Of a DNA stretch of 64,000 nt, positions 35,732 through 45,703 are shown piece after piece. Position 1 is the stretch's first letter, and each line of letters opens with the position of its first letter. Position numbers and translations under genes: made by a program. The notes under the pieces were generated by a model, which was given only the letters and a program-made list of their open reading frames with translations, was not told the origin of the DNA and did not search any database. Source of the DNA: Clostridiales bacterium (lineage in GTDB: Bacteria > Bacillota > Dehalobacteriia > UBA7702); assembly GCA_040766505.1 (NCBI GenBank), contig JAXGQJ010000004.1, positions 17,549 through 81,548 on the forward strand, in the 5' to 3' direction.

Positions 35732-37415
35732 TTAACGGCAAAGCGGCGGCTCCAGCCCGCTCACTTCTTGCACATCCTCATACTTATGGGTCACTTTGAT
35801 CTCCTTTTCTTTGTCTTGGCCAAAGTCCTCTTTCAGCATTCGATTCCCTGAAAGCACAAGGATCACAAAAATCGGAATCAGGAAAATCGCCGCGGCGATG
35901 GAAAGGGTTTGAATTTGCCCCGCCACGCCAAGATAGGTCAGGATCACCGCCAGCACCGCCATGGCGATGGCCCAGGAGAACCGATGCCAACGGGCCGGCT
36001 GCTCTTCCGCCTTTAAATCGCCGGAACAGATGGAAGCGATGGTATAAGCGGAAGAGTCGATGGTGGTGGCCGCGAAGATAAACGCCAGGACGATGTATAG
36101 AATAAGAAAGAAGATAGGAATCGGCAATGTTTGCAAAACCGCGATGATGGTGCCCACATTGCCCAGCTCCGCCATGGCTTCCGTCATCGCCATGGTTCCG
36201 GTCCATTCCAGATACATGCTGTATCCGCCCATGACCGCAAACATGCCACAGGTTCCAAACGTTCCAAACACCAATTCGGCGACGACCAATTGGCGAATGG
36301 TGCGGCCTTTCGATATACGCGCAACAAAAAGGCCCATCATCGGCGCATACGCCAGCCACCAGGCCCAATAAAAGACCGTCCACCATTGCGGGAAACTGGC
36401 GCCATTGTCCAAGACGGAGAATGGATCTGTCCAAAGGCTGATGCGGAAAAAATCCGCCAGCATGAGGCCGATGCTGTTCGTGGTCAGATTAAAAATAAAG
36501 GAAGTATAACCCCTAAACAGGCCGATGACCAAAATCCCGATGGCAAATAGGATCGCCAGATACAGGTTAATATCGCTCAACCGCGATATGCCCTTGTCGA
36601 GGCCGAGGAAAATCGAAGTGCCGAAGATCAGGAACCAGATGCCGATGACCACAAAAACAATCCAGGTCGAATTGCTGAGATCCAGGCCGAAAACACTGCC
36701 GGCCAGGCCGGTAATGGTCGGCACCGCAATGGACAATGTGGTGCCGACGGCGCCGACGATGCCGAAAATAGAAAAGATGTCGATCAGCACGCCGAGCCAA
36801 TTGTCGGCCCATTTCCCCAGCAGCGGTTTGCATGCGGCGCTCAGGCGCAGGATGTTCTTTTTACGCACAAAGATCATATAGGCGATCGGCACCGTTGGAA
36901 TGCAATAGATCGCCCAGGCGCTAAAGCCCCAGTGAAACATCGGATACATATGGGCATATTCAAAAATCAGCGCCTTGGCGGAACCGGTAAGGTTGACGCC
37001 AATCCCGGCGGCGGAATCCACATTATAAAGGGCCGCCAAACCGAGGGCGCGCCATCCAAATAGCTGACGCTTTCATAAAATCCCCAGCTCATAATCCCGC
37101 CGCCGATGCCGGCACAAAACAGCATTGCAACCCAGTTAAACCAGGAATAATCGGGTTTGTCCTCCGGCCCCCCAACTTGACCGTACCGTAGCGCCCCACA
37201 GCCCAATACAGCAACACAAAAAAGCAAAACAGACAGAACAATAAATAGGCCCAGCCCCAAGGAATCGTCGTCCAATTAAACGCCGAGGTGATCATCTTGG
37301 AAGCAATGTCCCGCGACAGAGAAATCGGCAGAAAAATCGCGAGCAGAACGATCACGGCGGGCAGGGTTACCCTTTTATCCACCTTTACATACCGAAACGG
37401 ATCTTCCAATTTCAT
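35732..37415 (-). CDS. BCCT-family (betaine/carnitine/choline) transporter; two frameshifts in N-terminal third
   Basis: ORF 35732..37039 (435 aa, many TM helices) plus 36967..37275 and 37089..37415 (N-terminus MKLEDPFRYVKVDKRVTLPAVIV.., AGIGGGIMSWGFYES). Confidence 0.75.
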
Positions 37416-37585
37416 GTTTCATCCTCCTTTACCCTATTTTAAATTATCCAAAAATTATGCAACCAAAGGCCCCACCTCCCTCATTTTGGCAATAAAAAAG
37501 CACCGGAACATGCATTCTGCATTTTTATAAGAAATGCATCTCCGTCATACGCCAATCGCCGATTGGCAAAAAACAGTGATCTTGG

Positions 37586-37632
37586 CCGAAAACCGGGAAA
37601 GGAAACGGCATTTTCGCCCGTTTCCTTTCCCT
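37586..37632 (-). terminator. rho-independent terminator after MttB-family gene 37640..39060
   Basis: minus strand GGGAAAGGAAACGG-10 nt-CGTTTCCTTTCCC then GGTTTTC. Confidence 0.55.
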
Positions 37633-37639
37633 TCCCCTA

Positions 37640-39060
37640 TTATTCTTTTACAACCGAACGGATATAATCCTGCAAAAGGCGGTCGAGTTCGGAATCGAGC
37701 ATGGTTTCCGGCGCCGCCGCCAAGCGCTCTTTATAGAGACGGTGGGCCCGCTCCAACATGTCCCGGCCTTCCATTTTCGCATAGCTGTCATAGGAGGACC
37801 AATCGGAAACCGTCGGCTGCCAATATTCCTTATAGTGTTCAAATGTGCTGGCATGGGCCAAATAACTGCCCTGCCCCACCTCGTCAATCAGATCCAGAGA
37901 CATGGCTTCGTCTCCGATGTCCATACCGGCGGCGATGCGGAAAACGCGTTCCACACATTCCTCGTCGATGATAAACTTTTCAAAAGACATGGTCATAATC
38001 GAATCGAGCACCCCCAAGCATTCATGGATGATATGGGCACCGCCCAGAATGCCCATCATCAAGTTTTGCATCGTTTCCAAAGCGGATTGGGGGTCAACGG
38101 TTTTCGCTTCCGACATTCCCGTCATCATACGGGTCGGCAGATGGTAAAAATGGTGGAAGATATCGAGGGAGGCCAGGTCGATCAGGAACATCTCCGGCGC
38201 CGCCGAGAGGTAGGAAGCGCGCTTCATATAGGTAATAGAGGAACAGGGAGCCGCCACAACCGGGCAGCCGGGCTTTACCAGCTGTACCAAAACCAGACCG
38301 GCGATGATTTCCGCCACCTGGGTCATCACGGTTCCGAACAGGTGCACCGGTGCGGTGGCGCCGCTCATGGCGCAGGGCAACACCATCACCACTTGACCGG
38401 CTTTCGCATAGGTCAGGATCGCTTCGGTGGTATCGGTGCCGAAAGCCAATGGGCTTAACGGATTGGCGGAAACGGCGGTTACGATCCGGTCATCGGAAAT
38501 CTCGTCCAGGCCAAAGGCCAGCGCCGTCATTTTCAACAACTGGCTGCTGTTTGCGCCATTGCTGTTGATGCTGATGATGGCTTTGTCCGTATGCCGCAAT
38601 ACCGCATAGAGCATATGGAGGTGCTTGGTGCTTTGGTCGATGTCATTGGGATTGATGGGATTCGCGCCGACAAGGCCGGTAACGGAACTGCTTTGGTGCA
38701 ATTTCTGCACAGCGGCATAATCCGCCAAAGTGCCGAAACGGCGGGGCCCTTGCCAGTCTTGCATATAAACACAACCGACATTGGGCTCACAAACCTGGTC
38801 CCGGCCCATCAAGATGGTATGGTTCGGATTCCGGGCCTCCCAATAGAATTGGGAGGGCGCCGTCTGCAAGGCACGTTCCGTCATCTCTTTTGGAATATGC
38901 ACCACATTTCCTCAACGCGGGCGCCGTGGGAGCGAAACACCTCCACAGCCTCGGGGCAGTCAAACCGTATACCGGTACGATCCAAAATGGTGAGCACCCC
39001 GCCGTGCACGCGTTCCATATCGTCGCGGTTCAACATCGACAGTCTGGGTTTCCTGATCAT
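37640..39060 (-). CDS. MttB-superfamily methyltransferase without pyrrolysine, copy 2 (one frameshift ca. 38890)
   Basis: ORF 37640..38905 (421 aa) plus N-terminal fragment in 38881..39177 (MIRKPRLSMLNRDDMERVHGGVLTILDRTGIRFD); no stop at the Pyl column. Confidence 0.75.
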
Positions 39061-39082
39061 GATTTTGTCTCCCTTCCATCCT

Positions 39083-40387
39083 TTAATTGCACGCGCCGTC
39101 CAAGATGGCCAGGTTCTTATCGAGGACGGCCAGCACATCATCGAGTTGATCCTTGGTGATGACCAAAGGAGGGCCAAAATTCATCAGATTGCTATAGGTC
39201 ATGTGATAGACGCCGTCCTTCAGATTGGCGCTTTTGAACGCCGACATAGAGGCATCGTCCATCTTTTCCTTCGTTTCGCGGTTTTTAACAAATTCCAAGC
39301 CGATAAATAGGCCGATCCCTCGCACATCGCCGATGGCGGGATGATGCTCCTGCAGTGCCTGGAGCTTCTCTTTCGCATAGGCGCCAAGGATCACTGAATT
39401 CCTCAATAAACCTTCTTCGCCATAAATCTCCATCACCCTGCAAGCGGTGGCGACACTTAATGTATGTCCGCTATAGGTCAAGCCCGCCGACAGCTTGCGG
39501 TCTTCAAAATAATCGGCGATTTCATCTTTAACCGCCACCGCCCCCAAAGGAGCGTAGCCGCTGGTCATCCCTTTGGCCATTGTCACCATGTCGGGGACGA
39601 TGCCAAAATGTTCAAAGGCGAACATTTTGCCGGTGCGGCCGAAACCCGCCATGACTTCATCGCAAACCAGCAAAATCCCGTACCGGTCGCAAATGGAACG
39701 GATCTTAGGCAGATAGCCTTTCGGCGGCACAATGATGCCGTTGGTTCCGGTGACCGTTTCTAAAAAGACGGCGGCGATGGTGGCGGGGCCTTCATATTGC
39801 ACCACCTCTTCAAAATGCTTGGCGCATTCCAAATGGCAATTTTCCTCCTTTTGGCCGAAAGGGCAACGGTAGCAATAGGGATCGAGAAATTTCACGACGC
39901 CGGGAATCAGAGGCTCCGCGTCAACGCGCCTGGGATCGCCGGTTAAGGCGAGGGCGCCGGCGGTGGCGCCATGGTATGAACGGTAGCGGGACAACAGTTT
40001 GGAGCGGCCCGTATAATAGTGGGCGATCTTGATGGCGTTTTCATTGGCGTCGGCACCGGCATTGGTGAAAAAAACCTTGCCAAACCCTTTCGGTAGAAAA
40101 TCGACGATTTTTTTCGCACATTCCCCTTTTTTGCTATTGCTGAAGCAGGGCGCCGCAAAGGTCAATACATCCGCCTGCTCTTTCAGAGCGGCGATTGCTT
40201 TAGGATGCTGGTGCCCGATATTACAGTTGACCAACTGCGCCGACAGATCGACAAAACGGTTTCCTTCCGCGTCGAAAAAATAGATGCCCTCTCCCCGCTC
40301 CATCGGTATCGGGTAAATCGCGCCCTGCACAGACCAGGAAAACAGATTGTATTTTCTGTTCAGCTTGATGATTTCCTTATTGTCCAT
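39083..40387 (-). CDS. class-III PLP-dependent aminotransferase (omega-amino acid / beta-alanine--pyruvate transaminase type)
   Basis: ORF 39083..40552; start MDNKEIIKLNRKYNLFSW at 40387 after AAAGGAGAGAG; ..VTMAKGMTSGYAPLGAV.. PLP-lysine region. Confidence 0.8.
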   Translation of the reverse strand: MDNKEIIKLNRKYNLFSWSVQGAIYPIPMERGEGIYFFDAEGNRFVDLSAQLVNCNIGHQHPKAIAALKEQADVLTFAAPCFSNSKKGECAKKIVDFLPKGFGKVFFTNAGADANENAIKIAHYYTGRSKLLSRYRSYHGATAGALALTGDPRRVDAEPLIPGVVKFLDPYCYRCPFGQKEENCHLECAKHFEEVVQYEGPATIAAVFLETVTGTNGIIVPPKGYLPKIRSICDRYGILLVCDEVMAGFGRTGKMFAFEHFGIVPDMVTMAKGMTSGYAPLGAVAVKDEIADYFEDRKLSAGLTYSGHTLSVATACRVMEIYGEEGLLRNSVILGAYAKEKLQALQEHHPAIGDVRGIGLFIGLEFVKNRETKEKMDDASMSAFKSANLKDGVYHMTYSNLMNFGPPLVITKDQLDDVLAVLDKNLAILDGACN

Positions 40388-40620
40388 TCTTCTCTCTCCT
40401 TTTGCTCGTTTTTCGATGCCATCGCCGCTGCGGAAAGGGGGGATCAGCCCATGAAGAAACGCCCCTTTTTCGCCTCTTCCGATGAAGAGAATGCGCCGGA
40501 AACGGCGGCGTTCGCCCAACGGCCCCGCGCAGCCGTTTTCCGGCCAAACCAAAGCATCACACCCTGCTTCACTGATTGCAACAAATGGTCTTTCCCCACA
40601 CTGTACCCGTTCCTAGCAGA

Positions 40621-41271
40621 TTATGACCGCAATAGCTCCATGGCTTTCGTGACGCCGTCGGCGGCGTTTTCCGCAAATGCGTCGGCGCCGATCCGTTTGG
40701 CCCAATGCTCCGTTACCGGCGCGCCACCCACAATGGTTTTGAATTTTCCCTTCAGCCCTCTTTCCAGCAACAGGTTTTCCAAATGCTTTTGCTGTATCAT
40801 GGTTGTGGTCAACAGGGAGCTGGTGCCGATAATGTCCACATCATATTCCACGGCCTTTTCCAGGATCGCGGCATTGGAGACATCCCGTCCCAGGTCGATC
40901 ACCTCAAAGCCATTGGCAACCAAAAGTGAGGCTACGATCCCTTTGCCAATGTCGTGAATGTCGCTTTCCACCGTAGCGATCAAAAACTTGCCGGCGCTGC
41001 GTTTTTCCCCGCCGGAAGTTGCCAGAGCTTCATTTAAAACCGTCAAAGCTTCCTTCATTGTTTCCGCCGCCCGCATTAGTTCGGGCAAAAACAGCGTCCC
41101 TTCTTCAAACCGGTCGCCGACTTCCATAATGCCGGGAATGAAACCGTCGTCGATCAGCCGGTTGGGCGCCAGGCCCATTTCCAAACCTTGTTTGGCGATG
41201 TCCACGGCCCCTTCGGCATCCCCTTCCACAATGGCCTGTAAAGCATCGTTTAACAGCGCGTCATTTTTCAT
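40621..41271 (-). CDS. methylamine-family corrinoid (cobalamin-binding) protein, MtbC/MttC-like
   Basis: 216 aa; B12-binding DxHxxG (SDIHDIGKGIV); 30-nt gap to mtbB. Confidence 0.8.
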   Translation of the reverse strand: MKNDALLNDALQAIVEGDAEGAVDIAKQGLEMGLAPNRLIDDGFIPGIMEVGDRFEEGTLFLPELMRAAETMKEALTVLNEALATSGGEKRSAGKFLIATVESDIHDIGKGIVASLLVANGFEVIDLGRDVSNAAILEKAVEYDVDIIGTSSLLTTTMIQQKHLENLLLERGLKGKFKTIVGGAPVTEHWAKRIGADAFAENAADGVTKAMELLRS

Positions 41272-41301
41272 TTCTCCGCCCTCCAAATATTGTGTTTCCG
41301 G

Positions 41302-42690
41302 TCAAAAGGTCATACCGGTTTTTTTTGAAAATTTCTCCACACAGTTGATTTCAATTCCCAATAGTTTTGCAATATTGGCCTTGGCCTCAATGCCCCGGCT
41401 GGCGGCTCCATACCCCATGAATACAGTGGCGATGTCCAGATCCTCCCGGACTTCCCGCATGGCAACTTCATCGGTGAGATCGAGCAAACCAACCCCCAGC
41501 TTTCCGGCGACATATTCCTTCGCTTCATTTAAGCGCATTTTTTTTGCCAGTTGCATCCGTGCCACCAAATCCCCGGCGGTGCGAACCCCCCCCAAGCCGG
41601 AGGCCTGGCTGTGAACGATGGCCATCCCGGAAGGATCGCCATAACCAACCTACAATCCGTCCATTTTGGCGATTTCCGCCATAGCGGTAGAGGCCCGGGA
41701 AACCGCGTCGATGGGCGGCGTGATCTGCATCGGCACGCCGCCAACCCCCATGCCCACATTGGCGTGAACCGGAATCGGCGAAATTTCGCCGCAATATTTA
41801 CACATCGTGACCGACCGTGCCAAGTTCCAGGGAAAACTTTTTTTGGTATTGGTATTGACCACAGCGCCAAAAACGTCGCCGCCGGCCCGGGCTACCATTT
41901 CCGCCTGGCGGTGCGGATACATGCCCGCCAACCTCTCGCCATGGTAGGTAATTTCGCCATGGAAGCCGAGAATAAATTCACCGGCCATGCCGACTTCAAT
42001 TTGGATCTTGGGATATTTCGCTTTTAGATTTTCAACGCCCCGCAACACCGCATAGAATTCCGCATCTCCTCCGGCGGCGGTCGTGTCAAAGTCGATGCCG
42101 TCGGCGCCGGCTTCAAACATCGCGGCGCCAAGCAAGCCGATATCGCCGATCAGCATTTCCGCGGTTTCCATCTGTGCTTCCTGGGCCTCCCGTATCTTAC
42201 CCTTTGGCATCAGCTCCGCCGCGTTTTCAGCGGGGCCGTCGGGCTTCGTATACATGGGCATATTCGGCATTGCGCCGTATAAAAGCGGCAAGGTTGTGCC
42301 CAATAAGGCCTCCGCCGTTATATATTGCTCCTCGGGCAAGATGGTTTTCAACGGCTTGAAGCTATAATGCACATAGGCCATCTCCAATGTGTCGGCCATT
42401 AAAACCCGTTCATAGGTTTGCAGGATCTGCGGCCTTGCGATCGGAAGGCCCAGCCGGGTGAATTTCAGCGGCTGAGAATCATAGGTAAGAACAAGTTCAT
42501 TGCCTCGCTCCACACTGACAAATTTGCGCGCTTCACAAATGATTTCCATCAGTTTTTCAATATCATCACCGGTGAGCGGCGGACATTTGCAATTCTTTAC
42601 AGCCTGGGCCACCCCGCTTTCGATCTCTTCACGAATCTCAGCCCGTGACATCTGCACGAAGGTTCCGTCTCCCATGCGTGTGCGTATCAC
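41302..42690 (-). CDS. mtbB: dimethylamine:corrinoid methyltransferase MtbB, pyrrolysine-containing (in-frame UAG 41650..41652)
   Basis: ORFs 41650..42690 (..[22 protein letters not shown]) and 41302..41625 in one frame separated by TAG: ..[38 protein letters not shown].., matching the archaeal MtbB Pyl context as recalled (..VDGI-O-TIGVGDP..). Confidence 0.8.
41650..41652 (-). other. in-frame amber codon, predicted pyrrolysine codon of mtbB
   Basis: cta on plus strand at junction of ORFs 41650..42690 and 41302..41625. Confidence 0.75.
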
Positions 42691-42734
42691 AATATACCCC
42701 CCTATCTTTTTTTAAGTCGGTTTTATTGCTTTCA

Positions 42735-42770
42735 TTATAAGCAAAAAAAAAATTTTCCACATTGCACAGA
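42735..42770 (-). promoter_or_regulatory. AT-rich promoter region upstream of mtbB with TATAAT -10 box
   Basis: minus strand ..TTTTTTTTTTGCTTATAATGAAAGC..; only strongly AT-rich stretch in a ~60% GC window. Confidence 0.35.
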
Positions 42771-42816
42771 ATGTAAAAAATTCTTTTAACACTATCGTTT
42801 GTTATTTTTTAAGCGG

Positions 42817-44433
42817 CTATACCGTTAAGTGTCCGTTATTTTTCCCAAACAAATAGGCGTGCAGGGCAAATTCCAAGGCGAACCGTTTTGCCCCACGGTC
42901 AAAGCCTTCGCCGAGGATGTCCTCAATTTTTTGCAATCGAAAATAAAGGGTCTGGCGAACCACAAAAAGTTTTTCCGCCGTCTTTTGCTTGGAGCAGTTG
43001 CATTCAAAAAAGGTCATCAGCGTATGCAGCAGCTCTTTATTCTCGGGCCGTACCAAATCGCCGAGGTGATCCGCAATAAAGTCCGCAAGCAGTTCCCCTT
43101 CCGCCAAACCATAAAGGATGCGGTCGATATACAATTCTTCATAAAAAACGGTTTGCCGATGCTGTTTTTTTACGATCTCCATGGCGATCCAAGCCGTATC
43201 ATAGCTAAGATGCAGGTCTTCACAGCGGTATACCCGCTTTCCGAGAGAAAAATGGGCCTTTGAATAGTCGATATAGGGGTTTTGCCGATCCCGCAAGGTT
43301 TCCACCAGGCCGTTTACATGGGCCCAAACCTCTTTCCCCGGGGCGGGGGCCAATAGGATATAGATAAACGTATTGTTCTCCATATAACTTAAAAGGCAAA
43401 GGCCCGCGTCCTCAAAGGTTTTGCGCACAATCGCATTGGTATGCAGCAAAAAATCCTCGTTGAAGCGAAACGCATCCATCGGGGTGTTTCTGTCGCAGCG
43501 GAGAATATCCACCAGAAAGACTTGCGCCCCGATCTTGCCATATTGCAGGCCCATATGCCGCAAATGGGTCAGCACATCCCGTTCCCGTAGTTTTCCTTCC
43601 AGCCAATCCCTAAGCCAGCCGTAATTTTTGCGCAAGGCCTCTTCCTTCACGAGCATTTCCTTCATAATATCATGCTCCAATTTATCGGCCAGGCGATCCA
43701 AAATGAGCATTTCAAATTGGGTAAGGTCGCGTTCATTGCTATGGAAGGCCAAAATTCCATAGGGCTTTCCCACCACTTTTAACATCTTCGCCAAAAAGTT
43801 CTCTTTGGAAAAAATGCGATCCTCTTTAATGTCGTCCCGATACTGGTGCACCCACCTTTCCAAAACCGTGGCCATGGTGGGATCGGAATGATACGGTTTA
43901 TTGTGATAAGGCAGATAGGCGATATTGAGTTTTAAATATCTCGCGGTATAGGCCACGCTTTCGTCGATGCTCTGATTTTCCGCCAAAAATTTCAATTGGT
44001 GCTCATAGTAGTCCACATGCTGAAAGATTTTGCTGCTGCTGCTGATGATCCGGGTATTGATTTCCCGGGTGATGTCGATAAAGCGCACGGCTTTGGAAAA
44101 AATAATCAGTGGAAAATCGTGTTCTTTCGCGAGATCGATCATGGCCTGGGGGATCACTTTGTAATAATAAAACGCTTCGATACAAAGGGCCGAAACATTG
44201 CGGGCGATCAATTGCCGCAAAAATTCAACGGCAATTTCCGTGTTCTCAAAGCCAATTCCGGTGGTAAGAACAAGTTCATCGCCGTTGACATATTCCGTAA
44301 TATCGTCTCGAATTTCTAAAATGTGTACCCAACTCACTTTACGGCCCAGGTTTTTTGAGCCGACCAAAACGAGAGCGACATCTTGTAAGCCGGGCATTTC
44401 CAGAACATCTCTCAATGTCACACCAAAATCCAT
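42817..44433 (-). CDS. PucR-family transcriptional regulator (terminates with UAG)
   Basis: ORF 42817..44457; C-terminal PucR HTH ..TAEKLFVVRQTLYFRLQKIEDILG..; start MDFGVTLRDVLEM after GAAGGAGGT; TAG stop with in-frame TAA four codons later. Confidence 0.8.
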   Translation of the reverse strand: MDFGVTLRDVLEMPGLQDVALVLVGSKNLGRKVSWVHILEIRDDITEYVNGDELVLTTGIGFENTEIAVEFLRQLIARNVSALCIEAFYYYKVIPQAMIDLAKEHDFPLIIFSKAVRFIDITREINTRIISSSSKIFQHVDYYEHQLKFLAENQSIDESVAYTARYLKLNIAYLPYHNKPYHSDPTMATVLERWVHQYRDDIKEDRIFSKENFLAKMLKVVGKPYGILAFHSNERDLTQFEMLILDRLADKLEHDIMKEMLVKEEALRKNYGWLRDWLEGKLRERDVLTHLRHMGLQYGKIGAQVFLVDILRCDRNTPMDAFRFNEDFLLHTNAIVRKTFEDAGLCLLSYMENNTFIYILLAPAPGKEVWAHVNGLVETLRDRQNPYIDYSKAHFSLGKRVYRCEDLHLSYDTAWIAMEIVKKQHRQTVFYEELYIDRILYGLAEGELLADFIADHLGDLVRPENKELLHTLMTFFECNCSKQKTAEKLFVVRQTLYFRLQKIEDILGEGFDRGAKRFALEFALHAYLFGKNNGHLTV

Positions 44434-44570
44434 GTGAACCTCCTTCACTCTTTTCACAATGAAGACGCAAATGAGATGCTTTCCATCCTTAATTTTATTA
44501 TAAAGATCGGGCCATGGTTGTCAATAAAATACCGAAACATTCCGCCGCCGTTCGAAAAGCAACGGAAGGC

Positions 44571-44939
44571 TCAGGCATAAATATCTTTGACAATCTCCTC
44601 TCCGGTGACGGTACCGTCGGCGTCGAGATAGACGGCGGCGGCCCAAAATTCCACTTCCCGATCTTCCAACCGGTAGGTCTGGAGATAAAACGCCGCGGCG
44701 CGGCGCAGATGGCGCATTTTTTTCGGGGTCATGCTGTCGAAGGGGCCGCCAAAAGCGGCATTGCTTCTCGTTTTTACCTCGATGAATACAATGCGACCGT
44801 CCTTTTCTAGCACCAAATCGAGTTCGCCGCCGCGCAGCCGGTAATTTTGATGCCGCAGGCGATAACCCTCCCGTTCCATCCGGGTACGGATGTGCGCTTC
44901 GCCCTGTTGCCCTTTCTCCCGGCGATCCATTTCAGACAT
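44571..44939 (-). CDS. YraN-family (UPF0102) endonuclease
   Basis: ..GEAHIRTRMEREGYRLRHQNYRLRGGELDLVL..IVFIEVKTR..; start MSEMDRREKG. Confidence 0.7.
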   Translation of the reverse strand: MSEMDRREKGQQGEAHIRTRMEREGYRLRHQNYRLRGGELDLVLEKDGRIVFIEVKTRSNAAFGGPFDSMTPKKMRHLRRAAAFYLQTYRLEDREVEFWAAAVYLDADGTVTGEEIVKDIYA

Positions 44940-45309
44940 TCCCTTCCGGCGCGGGGCAAAGATTTTCACAGGGGCGAATACCGGCAACGCCCAGCACGGG
45001 CAGAGAAAAAACGATGGCATGGGCCTCGGTATGGCGCCCCGCGGATTTCGAAATGGCCTGCATCACGGCGATGCATTTTTCCTGGGGCATCACCATCATC
45101 AGCATCTCTTTTTCCGCTTGAATCGGCACGCCGAAAAACATCTCCGCCTGTTTTAAGCCGGCGCCCCTGCCGTGCAGAAGGGTGCCCCCGGTGGCCCCCG
45201 CCGTTTTCGCCAATTCCATCACATCGTCGCCATATCCCTGGTTAACAATGGCCAATACCAGCCCATAAGGGGGCGTTGCGCCGTTGCGGCGCCGGCCCAT
45301 TTCCTTCAT
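44932..45309 (-). CDS. P-II(GlnB)-like small signalling protein, copy 1
   Basis: 125-aa ORF; ..YGLVLAIVNQGYGDDVMELAKTAGATGGTLLHGRGAG..; genomically paired with DUF1538 membrane protein. Confidence 0.55.
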   Translation of the reverse strand: MKEMGRRRNGATPPYGLVLAIVNQGYGDDVMELAKTAGATGGTLLHGRGAGLKQAEMFFGVPIQAEKEMLMMVMPQEKCIAVMQAISKSAGRHTEAHAIVFSLPVLGVAGIRPCENLCPAPEGNV

Positions 45310-45690
45310 GGCTTTCGGATTTTTCCATGGAAAACCCTCCTTGTTCTCTTTTTAACCCATGGCAGATCGCCGCCGCGACTTCGCCGCTGATTCCCGTCAG
45401 CGGCACGGTAAAGGCCATGCCTGTGCCGGACGGCTCCATTTTTCCGCCATGACCGCCAGGATCTTGCCGGACAATGCCTGGCATCGCGCCGAAAAGAACC
45501 TCCTGGTCCGTTTCGCCCCAACCGAGACAGCAGCCATAGCGGTTGTCGGCGGTTCCCCGCGCGAGGGCCAGCATATGGAAGGAGCGCTGCCGGCCGCCGC
45601 CGCTTTTTTCACCACCTTTTCCCCTTTGCCCCGGGGCACCACCACGCCCATCCAGACCAGGCGCGGTATCCGTTCATCGCAATCCGCCAT
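45310..45690 (-). CDS. P-II-like protein, copy 2 (one frameshift as assembled)
   Basis: ATG 45688..45690 after GAAGGAGG; MADCDERIPRLVWMGVVVPRGKGEKVVKKAAAAG.. then frame switch to ..HMLALARGTADNRYGCCLGWGETDQEVLFGAMPGIV.. (ORF 45242..45574); paralog of copy 1. Confidence 0.45.
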
Positions 45691-45703
45691 CGTTCTTCCT
45701 CCT

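Noticed and set aside
37446-37480. Possible second sigma-54 promoter upstream of the BCCT transporter (..GGGGCCTTTGGTTGCAT..)
   Set aside because: The -12 TTGCA is good but the -24 element (GGGGCC) matches TGGCAC only at GG and the final C. Too weak to call.
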